Below, piece by piece: positions 1 through 64,000 of a stretch of DNA of 64,000 bases. The stretch is from the NCBI GenBank assembly GCA_951406725.2, contig OX597819.1:99510001-99574000 (forward strand), in the 5' to 3' direction. Under the pieces are notes generated by a model. The model saw only the letters and a list, made by a program, of their open reading frames with translations, was not told the origin of the DNA and ran no database searches. Within the stretch, counting starts at the first letter, position 1. Every line of letters starts with the position of its first letter. The position numbers and the translations under genes were made by a program. The DNA is from Octopus vulgaris (Eukaryota).

Positions 1-232
1 CAATCGGAAAGATGGCTTCCCTCTGGTCACGTGTCAGCGACGACAGAGTGGAGGAGGAGGAGTAAGAGAGAGGGAACGGTGAAGGGGAGAGGAGAAGAAT
101 AGGGAAGTGTGGGAGATACACACACACACACATATATATATATATATGCATATATATATATATATACATACATACATATATAAATATATATATATATATA
201 TATTTATATATGTATGTATGTATATATATATA

Positions 233-279
<47 letters not shown>

Positions 280-398
280 CTATCTCCCACCCTTCCCTAT
301 TCTTCTCCTCTCCCCTTAACCGTTCCCTCTCTCTTACTCCTCCCCCTCCACTCTGTCGTCGCTGACACGTGACCAGAGGGAAGCCATCTTTCCGATTG
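1..398. repeat. Inverted repeat (~125 bp arms, 1-~128 and ~262-398) around a (TA)n tract; element continues to ~830
   Basis: caatcggaaagatggcttccctctgg... is the reverse complement of ...ccagagggaagccatctttccgattg; 400-830 resembles the minus strand of 49440-49920. Confidence 0.85.
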
Positions 399-913
399 CT
401 ATCTTCACAAAGACCAGACCAGCTTATCCTGTCTCTTCATAAGCTGTTTCCTTAAGCGTTCAGAATAACTTTTCCATCGTCTTAACTTAAAATCCCTCAT
501 CGTTTGTTTTTACTGTTTTGTTATCAATGTTCTGTCTTTACTGGGTTTTTTTTCCCACTGTCCTGTTCTTGTTACCACTTTCACCCTCCGCAAAAAATCC
601 CAAATTTTATTTAATTTGCTTTGTGGGAAGGGCTGTTTCAACGAAGTCGCATCTTGTCCTTACCTTCGAACGCGGAGTAGATGAAACAGGGGCAACTGAA
701 GAAGGGGAATAGTCTTTGTGTTGTATGTCTTGTTTCTCTGTTTTTTCGTTGTTTGAAAAAAAGTTCGTTTCTAAGTTTTTGTTTTTATGTTTTCGTTCCT
801 CATTGTGTTCAACGTTTTTTTTAGGTCCTGTACCCATATATGCATGTATATATACATATATATGTAGGTATGTTCATATATGTATTTATATATGCATATA
901 TTTATATATTACT

Positions 914-952
<39 letters not shown>

Positions 953-1974
953 CTTATATAAGAGCATAAACGTACCCGCACTGAAAGTGCTATAAAAAGT
1001 TCATAGATAGAGTAGTGCCGAAGAGAAATTTAGGTCAATATTATATTAACTTCTAATTTTGTTATTTACTTTTAATGTATATCATGTGTCAATTCTGCTT
1101 TCACAACGTTTACTCCCTTCAATGTCATATAGATCGTAATTTTATATAATGCATAGGTATTAGTAGGTATATCATTTAGCTTGTATCGTTTGCATGATTC
1201 AGTCAATTGACAATGGCGATAGCAGGGCACCGCCTTGAAAGGGTATTTAGTCTTACAAATCAACCTCAGTACTTATTTGTAAAGCTTCGTGTTTATTCTA
1301 TGGTTTCTATTTTTGAACCGCTAAATTACAAGGAGGTAAACACACAGACACATGTGGTCAAGCAGTGGTAAAGATACAAGGACATACATATATATACACA
1401 CACACACGCACACACACACACACAGACACACTCACACACACACACACACATAATGAGCTTCTTTCAGTTTCTATCACCCAAATCCACTAGCAAGGCTTTG
1501 ATCAACCTGTGGTTATAGTAGAAGATACTTTCCCAAAGTATTACTCAGTGGGACTGAACCCGGCCATGTGAAGCTATGTTGTTATTTTTAGCATACATTT
1601 AACTCTTGGTAGTCGTGTTGCATGTAATTTACGTCATTGCAAATAATACTTGTAAGATAGTAAGTGATATATATGGCTTAATCTCGGTTGCTAGAACAGG
1701 AGAAATATATTTCCTGTCATAATACAAAAGAATGCATGTTATAAAAACTAGCATACTTTGTCATCAAAAATACCCACAGATAAAAAATTGTTCATCAAAA
1801 CTTTGGGAAAAACCACTGATAAATGATAGCAATCGACTAAATATCAAGCGAGCACCAAGGCTTTTGGTTGGCCTTAGGCAATAGTAGAAGACATTTACAC
1901 AATAAGCCTATTCACACCTTATTTAGTAAACCATGTTTACTATCTTGGGAGTGAAATTTAGGATTTCTCTTCTT

Positions 1975-3306
1975 TCTGTGAATCGATTTTGATAAAACCT
2001 TTCCTAGCTGGTTTGCTTACTATAGCAACACCATTATTATATTTTAATTATGTGTAATGTCCTTTCTTTTAATTTCGTATTCTTCAGTGTTTGGGTGAAC
2101 CACGCTAAAGATTTTGAATGTAAATAGCCCATCTAGACATTTGTTTTCAGGAAATGAAGAGTAATGATACATAGTAAGCATACATTGAATATATATTTAA
2201 CAGAAAACCATAATGATATCATAACATTCTTGAAGTAATGATTTATTTAGCTACAAGAGAGTCATTTCGACAGAAAACTTCAAAAACCCTATTGGTCATG
2301 GAATCTGTTAATTTCTTAATATTAGGAGGTTAGACTGTGTCTGCTGCAGCCTTGATTGACAATCTATCGGCATAAAAATCTTGTTTAACGATGATCGAAA
2401 GATTTTCGATAGGGTTGCGATTCGGTGATGCTGGCGGCTACCCCATCAACCTTTCACATTGTATGCCGTATGACTCTAGTAATGAGTAGGAGGGAGTTGT
2501 CATGCATGGATACTAGATTATTTAGAAGTGACAGCGGTATGTCAACTATGCAGGGATCCAAGACTTACTTCAAGCGATTGCAGTAGGCAGTTGTGGTCAC
2601 TTTAATACTTTCAAGCACCGTGACTGAGCCAAAAAATTTGTCCCCAATGATACCAGCCCGCAACATGACACTCCACCCGGTTTTTGACGTCACAAACATC
2701 GGTGACACTCATCTCCAAAATAGGTACATGAAGAGTCGCCCTGATTTCGCCAGTGAACAAAACACGGCTCATGTCTATCGTCATATATATTGGGCGCATT
2801 GAAGCATCGAACTCTTGTGCGAGAGACTTAAAGGAGGCAGTTTCATAAGTTCTCGCACGGACGCCATGGTCTCGGGCATACGATTTCTGGTGGTTTTTGG
2901 GTACGTTAGATAGCCCGAAGGTGATGAAAATGGTTTTGCTTTCCCACGTAACTTACGGTCAATAATCCTTACACCATCAGCCTTGGAGATGCCACAATCG
3001 GATCATTTCTGCCTTGATGAAGGGTCCTTCAGGAATCGTCTAACTGTGTCATGAAGAGAGACATGAAGAGTAACATGAAGAGTGGAGCCTTTAGCACTTT
3101 TCTTCACGATGACAGACTTTTAAGTCCTTTTCCACGGCTAATTGTTGTTAGGGAGGAGAGACGCTATTAGCATGGTTCTCCCAAAAAACTGAAGAATTTG
3201 AAATAAAAGAGAAAGGATGTTACACAGAATATGAAAACATAACAATGGTGCTAACATAGTGTGCAAACCAGGTGGGAAAAGTTTGATCAAAATCGATTCG
3301 CAGAAA
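1975..3306 (-). mobile_element. Decayed Tc1-like DNA transposon with ~120 bp terminal inverted repeats
   Basis: TIRs ~1975-2095 and ~3180-3306; minus-strand remnants VLFTGEIRATL, MHDN and *PPASPNRNPIEN (WP..SPDLNPIEN). Confidence 0.8.
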
Positions 3307-3309
3307 TTC

Positions 3310-3350
<41 letters not shown>

Positions 3351-3474
3351 TCAAATAGAGGTTAAAAACCTTATTAAGGTAGAATAAAATCCAATGAATA
3401 TACTGGGTTATTACCTATTACAAAGGATAATCAATATTACATTTCATATTCAACTGTAAGGTAATTAGATAAGC

Positions 3475-3529
<55 letters not shown>

Positions 3530-4082
3530 AAAGTAGACATGATTAAATTAATAATTATTAATTCATTACAAAATTGGACATCATCATTGACAGCTGTTTC
3601 GATTCAAAATAACTGAGATATCAATTAGTACAATAAAATACATTTTATGGTTGGATCTCATCGGAGGGGACAAAATATATACAATTGTATATTCTTATTG
3701 TAGTGGATTTGCTCCGTACACTCAACACACTACAATATGAATATGTAATTGTACATCTTTTGCCACCTCCGATCAGATTCCACTTTAAAATGTTTGTAAT
3801 TATACGAATTAATTTCTGAAATATTGACTCGAAACATCTGTCAGGGATGATGACCAATTTTATAATGTGTAAATATTTATTCATTTAATAATCTCTATTT
3901 TCTTATTTCATTACACACACGCAGGTACACATACACACACACGCACACTCACTCACACACATATTCATATCAACTTAAACACACAACCGAAAGCGCTTCT
4001 AATTAGTTTCATGCTATTATGATACTTATAAAACATGCGCGTTGTACCTTAAAGCCATCTTTCAGGCTCAATATATTCAAAG

Positions 4083-4125
<43 letters not shown>

Positions 4126-4137
4126 GATATGTATATA

Positions 4138-4219
<82 letters not shown>

Positions 4220-4223
4220 TATG

Positions 4224-4260
<37 letters not shown>

Positions 4261-4475
4261 ATAAAATTTTTAAAATAGGGTTACGGTTGACTATTTTTTT
4301 CTTGTTAACTCCAATTTTTTCAATTATCTATCCACACACGGCATATGCCCAAACGCAAATCTGAAAGTACGTGTAATATTACTACTGGATAACAAAGGTT
4401 AAATCTGAAGATGGACGAGCTCTACTACGTACTTAACAGAATATACCATAATTGTATACTCTCTCTTTTACTCTC

Positions 4476-4866
4476 TTTTACTTGTTTCAGTCATTTGACT
4501 GCGGCCATGCTGGAGCACCGCCTTTAGTCGAGCAACTTGACCCCGGGACTTATTCTTTGTAAGCCCAGTACTTATTCTATCGGTCTCTTTTTGCCGAACC
4601 GCTAAGTGACGGGGACATAAACACACCAGCATCGGTTGTCAAGCAGTGCTAGGGGGACAGACACAAACATACACGCACACACAAATATATATATATATAC
4701 ATATATACGACGGGCTTCTTTCAGTTTCCGTCTACCAAATCCACTCACACGGCTTTGGTCGGCCCGAGGCTATAGTAGAAGACACTTGCCCAAGGTGCCA
4801 CGCAGTGGGACTGAACCCGGAACCATGTGGTTGGTAGGCAAGCTACTTACCACACAGCCACTCCTG
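4476..4866 (-). mobile_element. tRNA-derived (CORE-like) SINE, full-length copy
   Basis: Reverse complement of the 48888-49286 copy; tRNA-like A/B box head and ccttgggcaagt core. Confidence 0.8.
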
Positions 4867-5259
4867 TGGCTTATTATATTATATAATATAATAAGAGTAA
4901 TTAATATCTTTAATGGTTTTTTAAAAAGCCCACAATTATTTACTGGTAGATTTCGGCATGTAAATATAACCATTAACGGTAGGAACTTCTATAAAAGTTC
5001 AATATATATATTGTATATAAATAAAAGAGGCAGGCAACAGAGTTGCTTAGCCACATACCGAAAAAAATAGAAATAGCAGTCAAAGACTGTTTATTTCTAT
5101 TTTCTACAAATGAGACTCCACATACGACATATCCCTGTAATTCACATATGCAAAACAGAAGGGAGAAAGTTGAGTCTCATTTGTAGAAAATAGAAATAAA
5201 CAGTCTTTGACTGCTATTTCTAATTTTTCGGTATGTGGCTAAGCAACCTGTTGCCTGCC

Positions 5260-5363
<104 letters not shown>

Positions 5364-7385
5364 TTATGTGTGTGTCTGTGTGTGTATCTATATGAATGTA
5401 TGTATATATATGTATACATTTTTATATCAATGCATACACTTATGCGCACATATATTAATAAAAATATGGTTATATAATTAGACATTCAACATAAATATAG
5501 TACAAAAATTATTGCTATGAATACAGGTCCTTAAATTTATTTGGTTGTAAAATCCCTTTAGTATATTTGAGTGTGAAGAGATCATCACAAATAATTAACT
5601 GACTCTTCTGTAGTTTCTTTTACTCAAAGCCAGGAACTTTTTAGTGTGTGTTATGTGTACATACATGCAAAGGCTTTTAAGAAATGTAAGGGAATTCAAG
5701 TACATCAGACCTCTTCCTGATCTGAAGTGATAAAGGTCTAAGGTAAAAGAATAAGACTATATTATAGAGTATTCAAAATATCAAGTTGTTGACATGATGA
5801 TACATTCGGGAAAAATATATTTAGTTCACTACACGAGTCGACCTATAACAACAAATGATCTTGCAGTGACTATTCTACCTTGGTCGGGTTTCTAAATTTA
5901 CATAATCCAATGTATTTTCCTTTTGTGTTCCTTAAAACCAATGTCTGTTATGGGTAAAACGCATTTTACACTAGAGAGCTTGGGTAGACCCGAAGCTATA
6001 ATATAAATCGCGTAATAGAAAAGACACATGCTGAGATTGAACTGGAAACTCCATTTTTAGATTAGATAAAGGTGTGAGGCTTATGATATTTAATCCCAAA
6101 AGAGAAGTAGCGTTCCTGTAAATAAATTATTTGCGAGATCAAGCACTCACTGCAAGATCCGGGTTTAATTTCCAATGAGTAGACAGGTGAGGAAAAAAAA
6201 TAACCTAAATAAGATAGTTTTCACTGGTAGTATATATTATTCCTTGATATCTCCTTTCATACTTCTTTCGTCGTGCCGTGACTTACGTCACTTCTATTTT
6301 GAAGAGTTATATATATCTTTTTATCTTTACAAGTAAACGATCTTAAGTATAGAACGAAAGGGGAAAAAAAATAGCTACAACGTAATAACCCAACTGCTAC
6401 GACTGCTTGAACTAATTTTGTAAAGCTTAAACAAATCACGTTTGTAAAGATAGTAAATCTTGAACAAATCTTTATACTACATCCTTATTTTCCTTTCTGA
6501 GAATAAAGCCTGTGCCTAGACTTTCTACTTCATAATTTAATGATCATTGTTGTGAAGGAATATTTATTTCCCCAGTTATCTATATCATAAACTATGACTT
6601 ACAGTTTCTCATTCTCGTAATTGGGGTCGTAATGTACAACTTAGCCCTTTCACACATCTCTTATCGATATCATAAATTACTTTACTTTTGATACTTCTGT
6701 GACGGTGGTCATGAAGTTCGACATGTCTGTGATCGATGTCATAAACTACGATTTCTCTCTTCTTACTTCTGTAATCCACTTTCATACTTGTGTTTTAGAC
6801 TATGAAGTAGCTTGCTTTCCATTATAAAGTACAAGAGAGTATTTTTAGGGTATGGTTAGTGGAGACGAGTGCTGTCAGCGATTTCCAGACTTGTTGCAGA
6901 AAACAAGGAATAAGCTATGGCTGAAACTCACTTGCAGACAGAATACTGTCAAAACAGTGACTCCTTTGTTGGTACCCAATTCTCAATTAGGGATATTAAA
7001 ATGAGAAGTACATTTTCCAAGAATTTCATACACAAAGCTTGGATCAGTGGTTATAAACACCATCAAGATGCAGTGCTATGTGACTGAATAAAACAGTGGA
7101 TCGGCAGAATCGTTAGCGCATGGAACATATTGGCTGAGCTGTGTAGTAATGACTACGTTGTTAGTTAAAATCTTACTAAGATCAGTATAACTTTTTATCT
7201 ATTCGGGTCGTTAAATTATAGCCACAGTCAACTGTTGGTGTTAGTCTAATCAACTTGACCCATCCCTTCAAAATTGCTGGTTATGTAGGTACATTCGAAT
7301 CGAGTTTATATAAAAAAATAACACATAAAATAATTTGACGATTTTTCACGACGGCTATTTTCTAAATATTTTTTTAAATGTATTT

Positions 7386-8305
7386 ACGACTTGGTATCAA
7401 AATGGTCCCGGAGTAGTTATACTCAATAAAAAAATAACTTATTTACCTAACGTTTAGCATCATCTCCTTCGAAATAGTGACCTTGCGCACCAATACATCC
7501 ATCCCAACGTTCCACCGCTTTCGGAATCCGGCCTGGGAGTCGTTGTCGTTAAGCGAATCGAAAACCTTCTGCGATTCGATCTGAGTCTCAACATCAGTGT
7601 TAAAACGGAGACCTTTGACCTGCATTTTCATATTAGGAAGGCGATGGAAACCCGCAGGTGCTAAAACTGGCAAATAGGGTGGGTGCGGAAGCAATACCAG
7701 GTTGTTTCTTACGAGAAACTCACGAGTGAAGAGAGCTTGGTGATAGGGTGCATTGTTATCGTGAAAAATCCAATTCTCCACGCTCCATAGATTCTGTTGC
7801 TTTCGCCATATGCCCTCCCCCAAACGCTTCAAAGCGACACAGAAGAATTCTAGACTAACGGTCTGACTTTGGGGGACGAATTTTCGACGCACAATACCAC
7901 GGATGTCAAAAGAAAATGAAATGATGACCATGTTCTTCATGTTCTTCATTGATCCACGGCTCTGTTGTGCCTTTTGAAACAGCCATGATACTCCAAAAAT
8001 TTCCGTAGGGCACATCGCCTCGTCGCCGTAAGCTTGCCGACGTATGCTCAGTGTTGCTGTAGCAGACTTCCCAAATTTAACACAAAATTTCACGTTGACT
8101 CTTTCTTCCAACTTCCTGTCTTTAACACAACTCGCAGATTATAACGCGCCCAAAACACCAATTTTATAACTTGCAAAGTAAACACAGCGACACCACTCGG
8201 CACACTGTTTCATTAAGATCACTACTGGGTCTTACTGCGTACGCAAACGTGTACTGCCATCTGTTGGCGCGTTACAGAACGAGTCCGGAAACTTTATGAA
8301 GCATA
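7386..8305 (-). mobile_element. Internally deleted mariner transposon
   Basis: ORF 7443-8111: VKFCVKFGKSATAT...AYGDEAM HTH, HDN.APYH and HPPYLPVLAP (YSPDLAP) motifs; degenerate TIRs. Confidence 0.85.
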
Positions 8306-9333
8306 AATCTGGGGCTTTAATTGAGCACGTGCTCAAGGTTATCTTAAATGCAGAAACGAAGCCAGTGTACTGCTCCATTTTTACATGTAGCAAAGGGTGT
8401 ATCATTTTTGTATATAGGCCGTTTTTTGGGGGTTTTTATTACGCTATGATTGATGAAAAAGCAGAAGCAGGTAACTTAGTTCTAACTGTTCTCTTTCTTT
8501 CTGTCTGTCTGTCTCTCTCTCATGAAGAATATATGTGTTGTTTAATTGCCTTGTACCATTCAGGCATTGGTACCTTTAAGTCATAAACTCAATGAACTTA
8601 GTCCATGATTGACTACACGAATAACTATAATTATAGAAAGAATTTAAGTCAATAAAAGCTATTTTCAAAGCAAGGCTGGATAAGACCATACGTGCCGCCC
8701 TACTTGCGCTCTCAAACTCAAATGTGACATGGGCTACTACGAAGATGGAAGAACACTGATTCGCAAAGGACCATGGTAAGATTCATGCCCGGAATATCGT
8801 TTCGAGGGTATGTCCGAAACGAGGTAATTCCAGAACGGAGTGGAATAAACGACATGACAACAGAATGCCAAACGCACAAGTTTTACTGGAGCAGACAAGT
8901 TGCAATGTTCACAGACACCAGGTGAATCCCTACCGTTGCAGAGTTGTATCCAACAGATCACAAGATGCCACTCAAAAAGCGTGCCTTCGTAATACAAAGA
9001 ACATATCGTCACATATATAAAGAAGAGTCTCTTCTCCAGATACCTTAGAAGCTCTGGAAATTTTCAGTCATATACATCTGAGTCAAACTTTTATTAACTA
9101 ATATATGTCTGTGTATATGTGTTTGTGAATAGTTTTGGTAGAAAAAGCAAAATAAACAGAACTCTACCAAGTTTTATGTATATATATTTTATTAATATTT
9201 CTCTAAACCAGCAGAAAGATACAAAAGTTACTCAAGGCCTGCAAGTTACATGCATTTATTTATACGTATACATACATGTATACATACGCACACACACACA
9301 CACACCTGCACACAGACACACAGACACACACAC

Positions 9334-9382
<49 letters not shown>

Positions 9383-10214
9383 TGAATTAATAAGCAGTAA
9401 TTAAGTCAATTGCTGTTGATCAATATTGGTCCATTTTCTGTGTTTTTTAAATTTTGATTCCTGATAAGCTCATGTTTATCCTTGTCGTTACCTATAATAT
9501 ATGAGCATAATACACTTGCATATGTTTGCCCGTGGTTAAACATAAGTGATATACCGGTAGTATAATGGATATTTTTATCCCTTAGACGATTATTTCAACC
9601 TATTGATATATATATATGTAGGCGTAGGAGCGGTTGTTTAGTAAGTATCTTGCTTACCAACCACATGGTTTCGGGTTCAGTCTTACTGTTTGACACCTTG
9701 GGCAAGTGTCTTCTACTACAGCTTCGGACCACCAAAGCCTTGTGAGACGGAAACTTTGTATATAAGGAGTAACGAGCGATAAAACTGTAAGGCTGTGAGA
9801 AAAGAAGTTGAGTTAATAGACTCATATATTTGCAGATCAAATATGCACACAAATTATAATATATAGCTAATAGAGAATATTAGGAAGTTTCTTTTCTAAT
9901 ATCATTCTTAACGCTTCGTTGATTCTATCGAACTTTGAAAGATGATACAGTGATTGCTGACAACAGACATTTGAAACCGTATCTAAATTCACACTTGCGT
10001 CAGGCAATTTTATTTAGCTACCGGGTTATTTCACGTTGGTTATGAAGGTGAAGACTACACATTCGTCTCTCTCTCTCTCTAAGAAAATGGAGATTTAAGA
10101 AAAGGAAACAACAAAACTAAGTGGATGAAAATTGGAATTTAATTGCATGAGAGTTTGTAACGTAAAAAGAAAGAAAAGAAAAATACACCTTTACCTGGAT
10201 TGTCCGGCAAAAAA

Positions 10215-60956
<50,742 letters not shown>

Positions 60957-61642
60957 GTGAGTTAAAGAGGAATTTCTATCCATGTTATTTCATTTTACCA
61001 TTGACACAAATTAATGAAACTTTGCAGAGCTCTTAAATTGTGAGAATACTATTGTTCTTGTTCGATTTGCAGTGGCATATCGAATTAACTTGGGCTTTGA
61101 AACTTCTGGAGAACTTAACCCTGTAACTTTTCGTTGTGTATGTCTGATAGAGCAATTTACATTCTATGTAGAATAAGTTTCTTCATCGAAAACCCAACTC
61201 TAGGTTTTGCCAGTTAACCAGTGTCAACAGTAACTTTTATTGCAATTGAAATATTCGTGAGACTGAAAACTTTCAAACCATAAAGGTTTAACCAATGCTA
61301 AAACAGAAGCGCTTAATATAGTTGAAGCAGTAAAATAAAATCAGTTTAGCCTAACCATTGCTATCATTAAATTATTTAATTTTATGCAATGATTAAATTA
61401 TATTGTTTGATTAACCAGAAATAAAGATCAAATCAATTGAATTTAATGAATGCTAAAGTTAATAATTTAAGTGATAAAAAATAGATAACTTAAGTTTAAT
61501 CAGTGGTAATATTAATTGTTTAATTTTAACGAATGATGTATTTGAAATTTAATCAGCGACAAATTTTAAATGATCCAGAAATACTTACATCCATATGCAA
61601 GTACATACATACATACATACATACATACATACATACATACAC

Positions 61643-61673
<31 letters not shown>

Positions 61674-61951
61674 TATATAAAATCCGTTCTGTCTGTTTGT
61701 GTGTATGTCTTCTAGGATCTCGGGCATCCTCCATCTGACTGCGCTCAAATTTGATATGTAGATGCCGACGGCATCAGGGCATGTATAAGTGTTGGAAAAA
61801 ATTCCAAAAATCGATTCCAGGTGAGAAGGCGATCGATAAAGCCGTGGGAACGTGCATTTGTACGCGCAAGTACATAAACTGTGGCGATGCACTTACTGGT
61901 ACTTAAAACTCTTCGGTTGCATATTTGTGTGAATAAAATCGTTTTTCTTTG

Positions 61952-61989
<38 letters not shown>

Positions 61990-61998
<9 letters not shown>

Positions 61999-62994
61999 TG
62001 AGAATGTGTGTCTGTATGTCTGTGTGTTTCCCTAAAACTTGAGAACTACACAACCAATTTCATTCAAATTTTACACATGCCTTACTTAGGGTCCATGTAG
62101 TTTCATGGGCAAAAAAATGTTCAATTTCTTGCCTAGGGCGAGCCCATAGCAATATCTTATCTTCTCCACTATTTCAGTATTACGTGTTAAAATTGAAACA
62201 AAATCATTTCTCTATTTTATGTCAGATACTTTCACTTTAACAATAAAAATTAGAGATAATAATAACAATTGAATTATATGTAGTAAGTAATAATTAAAAT
62301 CAAACTAAAGTATAATATAATCATAACATAACAAAAGTAAAAATAGCAAATGGTATAAAATTGCATCAATGACTTGAACTTGAATAAGTGGTTTCACATG
62401 AATGGGAATAAATTAAAAATAAAATTAATGTGCTGAAATGGAATAGTCCATTAAATTAAAGAAAAGACTATTGTCTATAAAGTATACAATGTACAGAAAA
62501 AAAGATTTGAACACCTGAAGGAAAGCACCATCGAAAAGTGTCTTGGTGCGACTATGAAAGATATCAAGTATCTAACCAGAGGCGGTAAATTCGCCACAAT
62601 AGAAGCAAGGTTCGAGTCAACGGAGCGTGCAAGGGAGTACTCGACTCGAACCTTGCAAAGTGGAAATATTTTCTTTTTACCTTTATATCTGGGACGTGGG
62701 ACCTACCGGATAAAAATTCAAAATGTCCCCCCAGAAGTAGAGGTAGGCTGGATTGTAGCCACACTTCTATACAAGAGGGAGAACAAGATACAATTGATCG
62801 AAATTTCAAGAGACGGGCTTACAATTCCAGCCTGTTATATATTTTGAGTATTGTTATCACTAGCGATATCAAGATATAACTTTGTATTTTGTACTTTATG
62901 TGTAGATGTATATATATATATAGATGTACACATATATATACACATATATACATGCACTAGCACTATGACCCGGCAACGCCGGGTCATAATGCTA

Positions 62995-62996
<2 letters not shown>
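61990..62996 (+). mobile_element. Helitron/HINE-like element ending in hairpin plus CTAG, enclosing a LINE ORF1-like fragment
   Basis: 5' end shared with 17065-17295; 3' gacccggcaacgccgggtc...gCTAG; ORF 62554-62847. Confidence 0.5.
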
Positions 62997-63030
<34 letters not shown>

Positions 63031-63549
63031 AAGGAAATACTTTATTCTCAAACGCAGAGCAATGCTAACATAATAGCCATGAGACTTGAACCGTGAGCTC
63101 GATCCTCATGGATGGCCACTGACAGATTTTTCTGAAAAATATGGATAGTTTATCCTGTTCATGCTATTATTGTAGCACTCTTCTGCCTTTGGGAATAAAG
63201 TATTTCCTTATCTGCAGCTTTCAATATATATCAACGCTTGTAAAGCAAACTTTGTTGATTTTCAACGCAAGTTGAATTTGACGTACGATAGCGTCATATA
63301 TATATACGAGCAAAACGCCTCCCGTCCAATGGACGGTGCTGAGTTGTCAAACATTTAAACCAAATTTTCTCAAAACAACTTGTCCGACCGCCCCATAGGC
63401 CTCCTCTTTGAGAAACACTGATTTAACCTAAATTTGAGCCACCAACAAAAGAATAAATAAAGATAGACTTTTTTCTATTCAAAAGAAAAACGATTTTATT
63501 CACACAAGTATGCAACCGAAGAGTTTAAAGTACCAGTTTCTATTCAAAA

Positions 63550-63608
<59 letters not shown>

Positions 63609-63657
63609 ATATATATATGTATAATAATATATGTATATATATATGTATATATGCATA

Positions 63658-63724
<67 letters not shown>

Positions 63725-63769
63725 GTATATATATATATACATACATAGAAAGAGATCAAAGAGGAAAAG

Positions 63770-63930
63770 GATCCCATCTACTTTAAACGGAGTCTGGATA
63801 GATTCTTTCAAAGAATACCAGATAAGGCACCCATAATTGGATACAACTCACCCAACAAGAACTCACTACTTGAATGGACCATAAACAAAACTTGACTTAA
63901 ACAGGATTCGAATAATCCTATCAGGTGGTG
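63770..63930 (+). mobile_element. CR1/L2-like LINE 3' tip
   Basis: [16 protein letters not shown] resembles the FK..LD C-terminal motif. Confidence 0.4.
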
Positions 63931-64000
63931 CTACTAAGTTAGACATGGCCTGGACTAATCTTTGGTCGAAACATATCTAAGTTTATCTAAGTTTATATAT

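Overview
This is AT-rich, microsatellite-dense animal DNA, most likely from a coleoid cephalopod (Octopus-like, judged from the SINE families and simple-repeat load; inference). One large + strand spliced gene spans most of the window: a MUC4/SUSD2-type mucin. I reconstructed it by eye as a putative signal peptide (ATG 10215 plus exon 14178-14227), small Thr/Ser-rich exons, and one giant ~8.6 kb exon (27423-36022) made of ~107 copies of a 78-bp/26-aa repeat with six apparent 1-2 nt indels. These are followed by phase-compatible exons encoding NIDO, AMOP, VWD (with GDPH) and an Ig/cadherin-like module; the gene continues past the window end. The introns hold decayed Tc1/mariner, Helitron, Penelope-like, R4-like, RTE and CR1 elements and tRNA-SINEs. 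The most striking unexplained structure is a set of short non-coding, (TA)n-embedded elements in tandem and inverted arrangements. At least five sequence types carry minimal type I hammerhead ribozyme-like motifs. The best case is 54163-55237: two intact-looking ribozymes 536 nt apart plus an inverted copy that starts at the predicted cleavage site.
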